This document shows, piece by piece, positions 16,701 to 24,583 of a DNA stretch of 32,000 bases. Position numbers and translations under genes: made by a program. The notes beneath the pieces are model-generated. The model was not told the DNA's origin. It did not search any database and saw only the letters and a list, made by a program, of their open reading frames with translations. Location of the stretch: positions 3,720,001 through 3,752,000 of the forward strand of contig NC_017080.1 in NCBI RefSeq assembly GCF_000284115.1, read 5' to 3'. The DNA is from Phycisphaera mikurensis NBRC 102666 (GTDB lineage: Bacteria > Planctomycetota > Phycisphaerae > Phycisphaerales > Phycisphaeraceae). How positions within the stretch are numbered: position 1 is the stretch's first letter; each line of letters starts with the position of its first letter.

Positions 16701-17505
16701 ACACGTCGCCCAGCCGCGTCGCGGCGTAGACCTTCGCCGAGACCGTCCGCCCGTCACGCTGCACCGTCCCGCCGTTGGGGTCCACCGCCACCAGCGCCGC
16801 GTTGGTGGCGGCTCCCGGCCCGCCGTCCGCCACGACCGGCGCAAAGCTGCGCCCGCCGTCGGTGGAGCGGAACAGGCCCTGCTTGAAGGAGCCGTAGTAG
16901 ACGACGTCGGGGTCGTTCGCGTCGAAGGCGAGCCGCCGGCTGAACTTGTCCATCAGATCGCCCGCGGAGATGTCCACCGCGAGGTTCGCGGCCGTGAACG
17001 TCCGGCCGCCGTCCTCGGAGCGGTAGACGTTGCCGGGCGTGCCGAAGTCCTGCTGGTTGCCCGAGGCGAAGCCGCCGTAGCTCAGGAGCACGACGTCCGG
17101 GTCGGTGGGGTGCGTGGCCAGCGCCTCCACCCCGTAGGAGGTGCTGCTGCCCGGCAGCCGGTCGAAGCCGAAGCCCTCCGTGGTGACCATCTGCTCCCAC
17201 CGGCCCGGCTGGCCGGTGAGGCCGCCGGCGCCGGCGGGGTCCCAGCGGAAGGCGCCGCCGACGTCGCTGACGGCGTACCTCACGTCCTGCTGCGCCTCGC
17301 TGTAGACGACGTCCTGGATGAAGCCGCCGCCGCCGATGTTCACCGCGTTGAACTCGTAGAACGAGGTCGCGTCGATCACCGTGCCCGAGAGCAGCACCCG
17401 CTGCTCCAGCGACTCCAGCCCGTTGAAGGAGGGGACCGGTTCGACACGGGAGCGGGAGCGGGAGCGGGAGCGGGACCGGGCGCGGCCGAAGAGGCGGAGA
17501 GCCAT
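13762..17505 (-). CDS. Large secreted BNR/Asp-box beta-propeller protein (GH74/sortilin-like) with CBM6/35-like and two further carbohydrate-binding-like domains, 1247 aa
   Basis: At least nine S-x-D-x-G-x-[TS]-[WF] Asp-box repeats are present, for example STDGGATW, STTDGGQTW, SLDNGATW and STDGGRSF. The CBM-like block is YQAENASL...LDFRYANGSG..HTVRLQAY. Two later repeats end in REDG(T/L)(R/L)LDK. The N-terminus is MALRLFGRARSRSRSRSRSRVEP..LESLEQRVLLSG. The opposite-strand ORF 13648..17613 is R/G/A-rich noise. Confidence 0.7.
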   Translation of the reverse strand: MALRLFGRARSRSRSRSRSRVEPVPSFNGLESLEQRVLLSGTVIDATSFYEFNAVNIGGGGFIQDVVYSEAQQDVRYAVSDVGGAFRWDPAGAGGLTGQPGRWEQMVTTEGFGFDRLPGSSTSYGVEALATHPTDPDVVLLSYGGFASGNQQDFGTPGNVYRSEDGGRTFTAANLAVDISAGDLMDKFSRRLAFDANDPDVVYYGSFKQGLFRSTDGGRSFAPVVADGGPGAATNAALVAVDPNGGTVQRDGRTVSAKVYAATRLGDVFQSLDGGQSFANISDGTAVDGTFFQDIDLTPDGTVYISENYGGITRLPGGVAANGWTEAYPDRIVTAAVDPLDAQRIFAMSNDGTLHRSTDGGVTFDRMGRALRASPDTPWLAVTTEDYFSTAQLSIDPFRPDRLTVSSGIGVWNTSADQPTEAQDGDGVTWVSDSVGIEMMVARDAVHTSAGVVVAAEDRTAFLITDPAQSSAQVAIGLQQGSPIANGSSVDTPANDRDYVAAVSFNYQGGNYSNDPAYPTFSGYSTDGGATWQRFASVAGGTHPAPLAAGNLAVSTRAPGETVAETNLVWLPKDDYAPFFSLDNGATWQQSPSFDALDTRDADWQRFSFQHGHFNSYVKSRLLVADPVDAGTFYLYLNRLGVWSTTDGGQTWTQRATNNTQLPEYGFHAQLAATPGVSGDLWFASGRDAGAVVRNGLWHSTDGGATWERSPGWGRTFSVALGAAAAGSTDPTLYVSGVLEGRQGIYRSTNAGVDWQRMAEFPAGLHAEPYYLSASPTEVDDLYVGVAGYGFVHAVPDGDAPLSDEDREGFAVEDSVTYQAENASLTAAGVVNGIPDADGGTVDYWGTSSAVQWQSVDAGAGGPTRLDFRYANGSGQDRSTELFVDGVSVGTLAMGPTGSWTKHAVASLSVDLSAGLHTVRLQAYNSTGPNLDSMTVTTAGAAAVEVVQIEAEEAILPPGWRSGTDGTTTWIESEAGVQRMGPPVAGDPVLTYGFEVGTAGAYDLLARVQAPSFADNSFWVSVNGGGWMKWNGIRPDAGWQWATPQDQNGVVPSGPFQLDAGRHEVRILFREDGTRLDKLVVQPSLFAMPTGAGYEAGPLGPPRTAIGGGSNGTLVLEAEAAEADPAWVVRSVGAATYRVVPNGSTPSPVVFTPTSSTPTVRFSFDGAGRGDFRVAVGFLAGSSAFDDDSFFARVNGGAWQTFNGYDNTSARSVLLNGAYTPLGGSNLVEVALREDGLLLDKIEILPV

Positions 17506-17647
17506 GAGCGGAATCCTGGGGGTGCGGGTTGCTCCAGCGGAGCGGGAGGACGGGACCGGAAGCCGTGCGCTTCATCGTACGGAACTTTCTCTTCCGTTCA
17601 CGAGAACCCGTGAGCCACGACCCCCGGCGCTTCTCCCCCCGCCGGCC

Positions 17648-17976
17648 GCCACGCCGCTTGCGGGGTGGCGAGCGCGGGAGGTGGTTGCGATGCGGCCACC
17701 CCCCAAGGGGCGTGGCACCCGGGGGCCCCGATCAAGCGGAAATCTCGGGTGCCACGCCGCTTGCGGGGTGGCGCGCGAAGGGTCGTCGCGACGCGGCCAC
17801 CCCCCAAGGGGCGTGGCACCCGGAGACCCCAACCAAGCGGAGATCTCGGGCGCCACGCCGCTTGCGGGGTGGCGAGTGCGGGAGGCGGTTGCGATGTGGC
17901 CACCCCCCAAGGGGCGTGGCACCCGGGGGCCCCGAGCAAGCGGGGATCTTGGGCGCCACGCCGCTTGCGGCGTGGC
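17648..17976. repeat. REP/BIME-like cluster 2: seven 22-nt palindromes in about 3.3 tandem units of ~102 bp
   Basis: L-type copies lie at 17648, 17751, 17852 and 17955. R-type copies lie at 17695, 17796 and 17899. L-to-L spacing is 103, 101 and 103 nt. The cluster lies in the divergent region between the BNR gene start (17505) and the dehydrogenase start (18022). Confidence 0.9.
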
Positions 17977-18021
17977 ACCCGGCCGGTGTGGGAGGGGTGG
18001 ACGGCCGGGTAGCTTCCGCGG

Positions 18022-18972
18022 ATGGCCCACCGCGTGATCGTGACCGAGGAGCTGGACGAGGCGAAGGCGGCGTGGCTGGGGGAGCGGGTGGACCTCGTGC
18101 GGCACCGGTTCGATGCGCCGGGCTTCGAGCGGGCGCTTGCCGGAGCGGATGGGTTGATCGTGCGGACCTACACGGTGGTCGACGAGGCGCTGCTGGCGGC
18201 GGCGCCGCGGCTGAAGGTCGTTGGGCGGGCCGGCGTGGGGCTGGACAGCATCGACGTGGCGGCGTGCCGGGCGGCGGGCGTGGAGGTGGTCCACACGCCC
18301 GACGCGAACACGCAGGCGGTGGTGGAGTACGTGCTGGGCCTCCTGCTCGACCGGTTCCGGCCGAGGACGGACCTCGCCGCGGACGCGGGCGACGCGGCGT
18401 TCTTCGCGCTGCGGAAGAGCGAGACGGGCGTGGAGCTCGCGGGGATGACGCTGGGGATCCTCGGCTTCGGCCGGATCGGCAAGCGGCTGGGGCAGGCGGC
18501 GGCGGCCCTGGGCATGGCGGTCGTCGCGGCGGACGTCCTGCCGGAGCAGACCCTGCGGGCGGCGGCCGGCGACTACGCGTGGGACCACCTCTCGCAGGCC
18601 GAGCTGCTGGAACGCGCGGACGTGGTGACGCTGCACGCGGACGGGCGGGAGGCCAACCGGCACATGATCGGCGCGGCGGAGCTGGAGCGGCTCAAGCCCG
18701 GGGCCCTGTTCGTCAACGCGGCGCGGGGCTTCCTCGTCGACGGCGCGGCGCTGGCGGGCTGGCTGCGGGCGAATCCCGGCGGGTCCGCGGTGCTCGACGT
18801 GCACGACCCCGAGCCGCCGCCGGCCGACGACCCGCTGCGGACGCTGCCGAACGCTCGCCTGCTGCCGCACCTGGCGTCGCGGACGGTGGTGGCGCTGGCG
18901 AACATGAGCGGCGTGGTGGAGGACGTCGACCGGGTGCTGCGGGGGCAGACGCCTCGGCACCCGGCGCCCTGA
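18022..18972 (+). CDS. D-isomer-specific 2-hydroxyacid dehydrogenase family protein (phosphoglycerate dehydrogenase-like), 316 aa
   Basis: The NAD-binding motif is GILGFGRIGKRLG. NAARG and HLASRT are catalytic Arg/His contexts. The overall layout is typical of the family. Confidence 0.85.
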   Translation: MAHRVIVTEELDEAKAAWLGERVDLVRHRFDAPGFERALAGADGLIVRTYTVVDEALLAAAPRLKVVGRAGVGLDSIDVAACRAAGVEVVHTPDANTQAVVEYVLGLLLDRFRPRTDLAADAGDAAFFALRKSETGVELAGMTLGILGFGRIGKRLGQAAAALGMAVVAADVLPEQTLRAAAGDYAWDHLSQAELLERADVVTLHADGREANRHMIGAAELERLKPGALFVNAARGFLVDGAALAGWLRANPGGSAVLDVHDPEPPPADDPLRTLPNARLLPHLASRTVVALANMSGVVEDVDRVLRGQTPRHPAP

Positions 18973-18984
18973 CGGCCGGCGGGA

Positions 18985-19314
18985 TCAGCCGGTTCGCTCG
19001 ACGTTCACGACGCGGACGTTGCGCCGGAGCGGGTCGCCAAGATCCGCCGGCGGTCCGACTTCCCGCGGCTTCGGCGTGGCGTCGATGCCCAGCGCGTCTC
19101 CGGCGAGCACGATCAGGCGGCAGATCCCGAAGGCGAGCACGCCGGTGCCCAGCGCCACCACGGCGGTGAGCAGCAGCGGGACGGCGGCCACGATCGCCGC
19201 GGAGACCAGCCCGACCTTCAGCGGCCACGCCCAGCCGCGGAGGGTTCGCGCCGCGGCGGCGGGATCTCGCATGAAGGCGGCACCCGGGCCGCTCTGGAAG
19301 GTCTCGAAGCGCAT
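18985..19314 (-). CDS. Small hypothetical membrane protein (about 109 aa)
   Basis: This is an internal Met of track ORF 18985..19422. A long hydrophobic stretch, VGLVSAAIVAAVPLLLTAVVALGTGVLAFGICRLIVLAG, is present. No RBS was recognised, and both the start and the reality of the gene are uncertain. Confidence 0.4.
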   Translation of the reverse strand: MRFETFQSGPGAAFMRDPAAAARTLRGWAWPLKVGLVSAAIVAAVPLLLTAVVALGTGVLAFGICRLIVLAGDALGIDATPKPREVGPPADLGDPLRRNVRVVNVERTG

Positions 19315-19454
19315 CGCCAAGACGGTACGGCTCCGGTCGGCGGTGGGTTCGCGATTCCGCGTCGGCGGGCTGAAGTGGTCGGCCGGTCGCTCCGATGAAA
19401 CCGGCACAACCCTCGCGGCCACTCCTCATGGCCTTCCTCTTCCCGGAGCACCCA

Positions 19455-20339
19455 ATGTCACCCGCCACCGCCACGACCGACGCCGAGACCGAAGCGATGA
19501 TCCGAGGCTCGATCGACGAGATCTCGCACATCGCCACGCTGCCCGAGGTCACGCTGAAGATCATCGAGCTCGTCGACAACCCCGACTCGACGGCGCAGGA
19601 CCTCAACAAGATCATCAGCCACGACCCGGCGCTGGGCGCCCGCATCCTCAAGGTCGTGAACTCGGCCTTCTACGGCCTGCCCGGCCAGATCGGCTCGATC
19701 AACCGGGCGATCGTGCTGCTGGGCCTCAACGCGGTGAAGAACATCGCGATCGCCGCGTCCCTCACCAAGCTGTTCCGCGGGGGGAAGATCTGCGACGGCT
19801 TCGACGCCCGCGAGCTCTGGTCGCACTGCATCGCCACCGCCACCGCCTGCCGCCTGCTCGCCGAGCGGGCGAAGCTGGGCAAGGGCGACGAGGCCTTCCT
19901 CGCCGGCCTGATCCACGACATCGGGATCATGGTGGAGATCCAGGCCCGCCGCACCGACTTCGTGGAGGCGGTCAACCACGCCGTCGCCAGCGAGGGCACG
20001 TTCCGCGCGTCGGAGATCGCCGTGCTCGGTGCGACGCACGAGCAGTTCGGCGCGGCCCTGTGCAAGACGTGGAAGTTCCCCGAGACGTTCCAGAACGTCG
20101 CCGGCTTCCACCACGAACCCCGCCTCCTGCCCGAGGGCGCCCGCGCCCTCGCCGTGCTCGTGCACATCGCCGACCACCTCACCAAGACGCTGGAGCTTGG
20201 CTTCACGCTGGACGTCGAGGGGGAGCTGGACCCGGCCCTCGTCGCCGAGTTGAACCTGACCCAGGCGGATCTCGACGAGATCGCCACCGGGCTGCCCGAG
20301 GCCATCGCCGAGGCGCAGGGCGTCTTCAGCGGCGGCTGA
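19455..20339 (+). CDS. HDOD domain-containing signalling protein, about 294 aa
   Basis: LPEVTLKIIELVDNPDSTAQDLNKIISHDPALGARILKVVNSAFYGLPGQIGSINRAIVLLGLNAVKNIAIA is a typical HDOD N-terminal pattern. The start could instead be 19395 or 19428. Confidence 0.85.
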   Translation: MSPATATTDAETEAMIRGSIDEISHIATLPEVTLKIIELVDNPDSTAQDLNKIISHDPALGARILKVVNSAFYGLPGQIGSINRAIVLLGLNAVKNIAIAASLTKLFRGGKICDGFDARELWSHCIATATACRLLAERAKLGKGDEAFLAGLIHDIGIMVEIQARRTDFVEAVNHAVASEGTFRASEIAVLGATHEQFGAALCKTWKFPETFQNVAGFHHEPRLLPEGARALAVLVHIADHLTKTLELGFTLDVEGELDPALVAELNLTQADLDEIATGLPEAIAEAQGVFSGG

Positions 20340-20461
20340 AGCCGACCGGGGTTCCCGGGCCCCTCGCGGGCTCGGGGCGGGGCCGCCCGGACGCGGGCCC
20401 GCGCCGGCAAGGACGCCGTCCGGAGGAGGAAACCGCCACCGCACGGCGGAAGAGGAACGCG

Positions 20462-20487
20462 ACCCGGGCCTTCACCGGCCCGGGTTT
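20462..20487 (+). terminator. Candidate intrinsic terminator between convergent genes
   Basis: ACCCGGGCC (20462-20470) and GGCCCGGGT (20477-20485) form a 9-bp stem with a 6-nt loop, followed by TTT. The U-tract is short. Confidence 0.4.
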
Positions 20488-20505
20488 GCGCTGCGCGCCG
20501 CGGGC

Positions 20506-22368
20506 TCATCGGCGGACCGCGGGCCCTCCGGGGGAGGCGGGCCGGAAGTCGACCAGGTGCAGCTCCGGCCGCGTTCTGCCGTTCCAGGTGTTGAGCTTGA
20601 GCTCGGCGATGGCGTCGAGGCGGTCGCCCACGGCGTGCAGCTCGGCGTCGTCGCCGCGGCCGAAGGCGACGGCTCGGAGGCTGCGGTTGCCCAGCCGAAG
20701 CTGGAAGCAGGCATGGGCCCCGCGGCCGCCCATGCGGCACGGCGGACGCTCGATCTCGAGCCCGCGGAGCCGGACCTTCGGCCGCGGGTTGCCCATGCCG
20801 AAGGGGGCCATCCGCGTGAGCGCGTCGATGGCCTCGGCGGCGAGGTCGTCCTCCCCCGCGTCGCCGTCGTGCCGGACCTCCCGGCACAGCCGCTCGGCGG
20901 GCAGCACCGCGGCGACGGCGTCGTTGAGCGCGGCGCGGAAGGCGTCCAGCGCGGCGGGCTGGAGCGTCATCCCGGCGGCCATGCGGTGGCCGCCGAAGGC
21001 GAGCAGGTGGCCGGCGCAGGCGGACAGGCAGGCGTGCAGGTCGACGCCGCCGACGGAGCGGGCGGAGCCGCGGAGCTGGCCCTCGGGCGTGCCGGCGAGC
21101 AGCACGACCGGGCGGAAGTAGCGCTCGACGAGGCGCGACGCGACGATCCCGACGACGCCGGGGTGCCAGTCCGCGCCGGCGAGCACGATCACCCGGCGGT
21201 CTTCGGTGGCGTGGCCGCCGGCCTCCACGGCCTCGGTGGCCTCGGCCAGCACCTCCCGCTCGACCTGCCGCCGGCAGTCGTTCTCGGCGGTGAGCGTGTG
21301 GGCGAGGTCCTCGGCGCGCCGGCCGGTGGCGGTGGTGAGCAGCTCCACCGCCTCGGCGGCGTGCCCCATGCGGCCGCAGGCGTTGATCCGCGGCCCGATC
21401 ACGAAGCCGACGTGCGTGGCGGAGACCTCCTCGCCGTCGAGCTTGGCGGCGCGGATGAGCGCGGCGAGGCCGGGCAGCCGCGTTGCCTTGAGCCGCTTGA
21501 GGCCGTTGGCGACGATGCGCCGGTTCACGCCGCAAAGCGGCACGAGGTCGGCGACGGTGCCCATCGCGGCGAGCGACAGGAGGTCGACCAGCTTGTCCTT
21601 GAGCGGCGGGGGCAGGCGCGGCGTGCCCATCGCGACGCGGGCGGTCGCCCAGGCGAGGAAGAAGGCGACGCCGGCGCCGCACGGCGGCGGATCGAAGCCC
21701 TCCGCGGGCGTTCCGCCGAGCTCGGGGTGGACGAGCAGCGCGTCAGGGGGCGAGCCCTCCGGCGGCCGGTGGTGGTCGGTGACGATCAGGTCGAGGCCCA
21801 GCTCGGCCGCCCGCGCCGCGGCCCCGACGGCGGTGATCCCGCAGTCGACCGTGACCACCAGCGGCGGCGTGCCGTCGCCGGGATCCAGCGCGGGGTGCGT
21901 CGCGTACCGGGCGATCCGCTCCAGCGCCTCGGCGTGCAGGCCGTAGCCCTCCTCGACGCGGTGCGGCACGTAGGTGCCGACGCGCGGCCCGCCGGCGGGA
22001 CCGACCCGCCGCCCCAGGTCGGTGAGCACGTGCCAGAGGATCGAGGCGGCGGTGATGCCGTCGACGTCGTAGTCGCCGTACACGATGACCGGCCGCCCCG
22101 CCGCCACCGCGGCGGCGAGCCGCGCGGCCGCGGCGGGCACGCCCGGGAGCGCGTCCGGCTCGGGCAGCTCCGACAGCCGCGGGTCGAGGAAGGCCGCGGC
22201 CGCGTCGGGGTCGGCGTGGCCACGCTGCACCAGCAGCCGCGCCACCAGCGGGCTCACGCGCAGCGCCGACGCGATCGCCCGCAGCCGGGCGGGGTCGGCG
22301 GTGAGCGTCGGGTTCTCTCCCCCGCGCTCGATCCAGCGGGAGAGCGTCTGCATCCTTGCGACGGTCAT
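20506..22368 (-). CDS. recJ: Single-stranded-DNA-specific exonuclease RecJ, 620 aa
   Basis: DHH-family motifs are VIVYGDYDVDGITA, TVDCG and LIVTDHH. The length and order are typical of RecJ. Confidence 0.95.
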   Translation of the reverse strand: MTVARMQTLSRWIERGGENPTLTADPARLRAIASALRVSPLVARLLVQRGHADPDAAAAFLDPRLSELPEPDALPGVPAAAARLAAAVAAGRPVIVYGDYDVDGITAASILWHVLTDLGRRVGPAGGPRVGTYVPHRVEEGYGLHAEALERIARYATHPALDPGDGTPPLVVTVDCGITAVGAAARAAELGLDLIVTDHHRPPEGSPPDALLVHPELGGTPAEGFDPPPCGAGVAFFLAWATARVAMGTPRLPPPLKDKLVDLLSLAAMGTVADLVPLCGVNRRIVANGLKRLKATRLPGLAALIRAAKLDGEEVSATHVGFVIGPRINACGRMGHAAEAVELLTTATGRRAEDLAHTLTAENDCRRQVEREVLAEATEAVEAGGHATEDRRVIVLAGADWHPGVVGIVASRLVERYFRPVVLLAGTPEGQLRGSARSVGGVDLHACLSACAGHLLAFGGHRMAAGMTLQPAALDAFRAALNDAVAAVLPAERLCREVRHDGDAGEDDLAAEAIDALTRMAPFGMGNPRPKVRLRGLEIERPPCRMGGRGAHACFQLRLGNRSLRAVAFGRGDDAELHAVGDRLDAIAELKLNTWNGRTRPELHLVDFRPASPGGPAVRR

Positions 22369-22384
22369 CGGCGGAGGTTATCCG

Positions 22385-22430
22385 CCGCGGACCGCGGGCC
22401 CGCCCGAGCGAAACGGGCCGCGGTCCGCGG
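22385..22430. repeat. IR10-N26 element copy D
   Basis: CCGCGGACCG at 22385-22394 and CGGTCCGCGG at 22421-22430. The spacer is 26 nt, and the stem can extend into the spacer with one bulge. It lies between the icd-like stop (22480) and the recJ -10-like hexamer (22375-22380). Confidence 0.8.
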
Positions 22431-22479
22431 AACGCGGTGCCGCGGGGCCGGGGTTCCGGGTGTTCGGGGGCGTCGCGGC

Positions 22480-23988
22480 CTACTGCCCCTGGCCGAGCGA
22501 GAAGCCCGCCTCGCCGTCGAAGGTGCACAGGTGCTCGGTCTTGATGAAGTCCAGCCCGGCGTCGGCGAGCCGGGTCAGCAGGCCGAGGACCTGCCGGTGC
22601 GAGGCCTCGCCCCCGCCCCGGGGCACGAAGCGGCAGCGCCAGTGGTCGGTGCAGAAGGTTTCGGGGAAGCCCTCCGGCCACACCTTCACGCCCCGGTTGG
22701 TGATCATCTGCAGCTGGAGCGGCTGGCCATCGGCCGCCGCGTGGAGCTCCGCGGCGAGCGCGTCGGGGTCCCGCTCCGCCGGGTCCCAGTCCAGGAAGAC
22801 GTCCACCCCGACGAGCGCCTTCACCGGCTTCTCCCGCGTCGCCGGCCCGACGCCCGGGGCCGCGCGATCCGCGACCCCGGCATAGACCGCGGCCGGCAGG
22901 TGCTCGGGCCGCTGGCCGAGCCGCTGGATCACCGCGTCGGCGAAGGCGCGGGTGCCGACCGGGTCGTGGCCCCGGCCGTCGTGCAGGTCGGCGGTGTGCA
23001 CGCCGTCCTCGATCGTGCGGAGCACCGCGTTGTGGATCTTCTCGGCGGCCCCGGGCTTGTTGAGGTGCACGAGCATCTGCACGGCCGCGAGCAGCAGGCC
23101 CGTGGGGTTGGCGACGTCGCGCCCGGCGATGTCGGGGGCGCTGCCGTGGATCGCCTCGAACATCGAGCAGGTGTCGCCGATGTTCGAGGTGCCGCACAGG
23201 CCGACGCTGCCGGCGATCTGGGCGGCGATGTCCGAGAGCACGTCGCCGTAGAGGTTCAGCGTGAGGATCACGTCGAAGCGCTCGGGCCGGTCGGCGAGCA
23301 TCGCGGCGCCGATGTCGATGATCCAGTGGTCCGACTCGATCTCGGGGTACTCGCCGCGGATCTCGTCGAAGACCCGGTGGAAGAGGCCGTCGGTCGCCTT
23401 CATGATGTTGTCCTTCGTGAAGCAGCTGACCCGCTTGCGGCCGGCGGCGCGGGCGTACTCGAAGGCGTGGCGGACGATCTTCTCGCAGCCGGGCCGCGAG
23501 ATGAGCTTGAGGCACTGCGTCACCTCGGCCGTCTGGCGGTGCTCGATGCCGCCGTAGGTGTCCTCCTCGTTCTCGCGGACGATCACGACGTCCATGCCCG
23601 GGTGCCGGCTCCCGACGAAGGGCGCGTAGGCGACGCACGGGCGTACGTTCGCGTAAAGCCCCAGCGTCTTGCGGGTCGTCACGTTCAGCGACTTGTAGCC
23701 GCCGCCCTGGGGCGTGGTGATCGGGGCCTTCAGGAACACCCGGTGCTTCCGGAGCGTGTCCCACGAAGAGGCCTCGATGCCCGCGGAGACGCCGCGCTCG
23801 TAGACCTTCTTGCCGATCTCGATGGTGTCGTAGACCAAGCCGGCACCGGCCGCGTCGAGCACGCGGAGCGTCGCGTCCATGATCTCGGGGCCGATGCCGT
23901 CGCCGTGCGCGACGGCCACGGTGACGGAGGCCGGGGGATCGGGGAGGTCCAGCGGGCGGTCCGGGGCGGTCGAGGGGGCGGCGGGCAT
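22480..23988 (-). CDS. icd: Isocitrate/isopropylmalate dehydrogenase family protein, most likely NAD(P)-dependent isocitrate dehydrogenase with a C-terminal extension, 502 aa
   Basis: Motifs are HGDGIGPEI, SLNVTTRKTLGLYANVRP and NLYGDVLSD (family signature). The start is set at the internal ATG 23988 because a good promoter would start transcription near the ORF's first ATG at 24078. Confidence 0.8.
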   Translation of the reverse strand: MPAAPSTAPDRPLDLPDPPASVTVAVAHGDGIGPEIMDATLRVLDAAGAGLVYDTIEIGKKVYERGVSAGIEASSWDTLRKHRVFLKAPITTPQGGGYKSLNVTTRKTLGLYANVRPCVAYAPFVGSRHPGMDVVIVRENEEDTYGGIEHRQTAEVTQCLKLISRPGCEKIVRHAFEYARAAGRKRVSCFTKDNIMKATDGLFHRVFDEIRGEYPEIESDHWIIDIGAAMLADRPERFDVILTLNLYGDVLSDIAAQIAGSVGLCGTSNIGDTCSMFEAIHGSAPDIAGRDVANPTGLLLAAVQMLVHLNKPGAAEKIHNAVLRTIEDGVHTADLHDGRGHDPVGTRAFADAVIQRLGQRPEHLPAAVYAGVADRAAPGVGPATREKPVKALVGVDVFLDWDPAERDPDALAAELHAAADGQPLQLQMITNRGVKVWPEGFPETFCTDHWRCRFVPRGGGEASHRQVLGLLTRLADAGLDFIKTEHLCTFDGEAGFSLGQGQ

Positions 23989-24045
23989 AACGGGGAGCGT
24001 TTCGGGGCGGGCGGGCGGGCGGGCGATCCGCCGCGGCGGTCGCTT

Positions 24046-24074
24046 TTGGCAAAGCCGATTGCATGAAGTAAGGT
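24046..24074 (+). promoter_or_regulatory. Candidate sigma70-type promoter for the wHTH regulator gene
   Basis: TTGGCA (24046-24051), a 17-nt spacer, then TAAGGT (24069-24074). It lies about 40 nt upstream of ATG 24114 in the only AT-richer patch of this intergenic region. Confidence 0.4.
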
Positions 24075-24080
24075 TCATGA

Positions 24081-24109
24081 ATCCTAGATCGACTCCTCCC
24101 GCACGTCAA
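24081..24109 (-). promoter_or_regulatory. Candidate sigma70-type promoter for the icd-like gene
   Basis: On the minus strand: TTGACG (24109-24104), a 17-nt spacer, then TAGGAT (24086-24081). Confidence 0.5.
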
Positions 24110-24113
24110 CCCG

Positions 24114-24455
24114 ATGCCCAAGACCCGGAAGAACCCCGGCCCCGCCCCCGCCCCCGCCCCCGCCCCCGCCAGGGAGGCGGCGCCACGCTTCACCTTTCTC
24201 ACGAACCATTCCCACGTGCTGCTGCTGCTCGCGGGCGAGCCGGCGCTGCGGGTACGCGACCTCGCGGCCCGCGTCGACGTCACCGAGCGGGCGGTGCAGA
24301 AGATCCTCGCCGACCTGGTCGCGGTGGGGGTGCTGACCCGCGAGCGGGAGGGGCGGCGGAACCGGTACGAGGTCCACCCCGAGCGGTCGCTGCGGCACCC
24401 GGTGGAGTCCCACCGCACGGTGGCGGACCTGATCGCGATGGTGCACGGGGCGTAG
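24114..24455 (+). CDS. Winged helix-turn-helix transcriptional regulator (ArsR/MarR-like), 113 aa
   Basis: LRVRDLAARVDVTERAVQKILADLVAVGVLTREREGRRNRYEV is a wHTH pattern. The N-terminal (PA)5 tract is encoded by (CCCGCC)x5 at 24141-24170. Confidence 0.75.
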   Translation: MPKTRKNPGPAPAPAPAPAREAAPRFTFLTNHSHVLLLLAGEPALRVRDLAARVDVTERAVQKILADLVAVGVLTREREGRRNRYEVHPERSLRHPVESHRTVADLIAMVHGA

Positions 24456-24583
24456 CCGAGCCCGTGCGACGGGCGCCCGGGAATGCGTTGCTGCGCGACC
24501 GGAAACGGGGCGTCCGCGGCGGCGAGGGTGTCGCCGGGGCGGTGTTGCCGCTGCGCGGGGGATCGGGCCGATCCCGGGCTTGC

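Noticed and set aside
17448-17483. Hexanucleotide repeats in N-terminal coding regions as phase-variation switches. These are (GGGAGC)x4 plus two imperfect units encoding RSRSRSRS in the BNR protein, and (CCCGCC)x5 at 24141-24170 encoding (PA)5 in the wHTH regulator.
   Set aside because: A 6-nt unit keeps the reading frame when it slips. It can only vary tract length and cannot switch the gene on or off. This is probably low-complexity linker or signal sequence.
17529-19169. ORFs translated through the REP clusters, with recurring peptides such as PPKGRGTR and ATPLAGWR. Examples: 17529..19169(+), 17381..18037(+), 17598..17978(-), 12872..13894(+) and 11953..13023(-).
   Set aside because: The repeated peptides are simply the 22-nt palindromes read in different frames on both strands. 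There is no RBS and no protein-like composition.
24047-24063. A sigma54-like promoter, TGGCAAAGCCGATTGCA, upstream of the wHTH gene.
   Set aside because: The GG-to-GC spacing is one nucleotide longer than the strict -24/-12 spacing. The same bases are better explained as a sigma70 -35 (TTGGCA) with a TAAGGT -10 at 17 nt.
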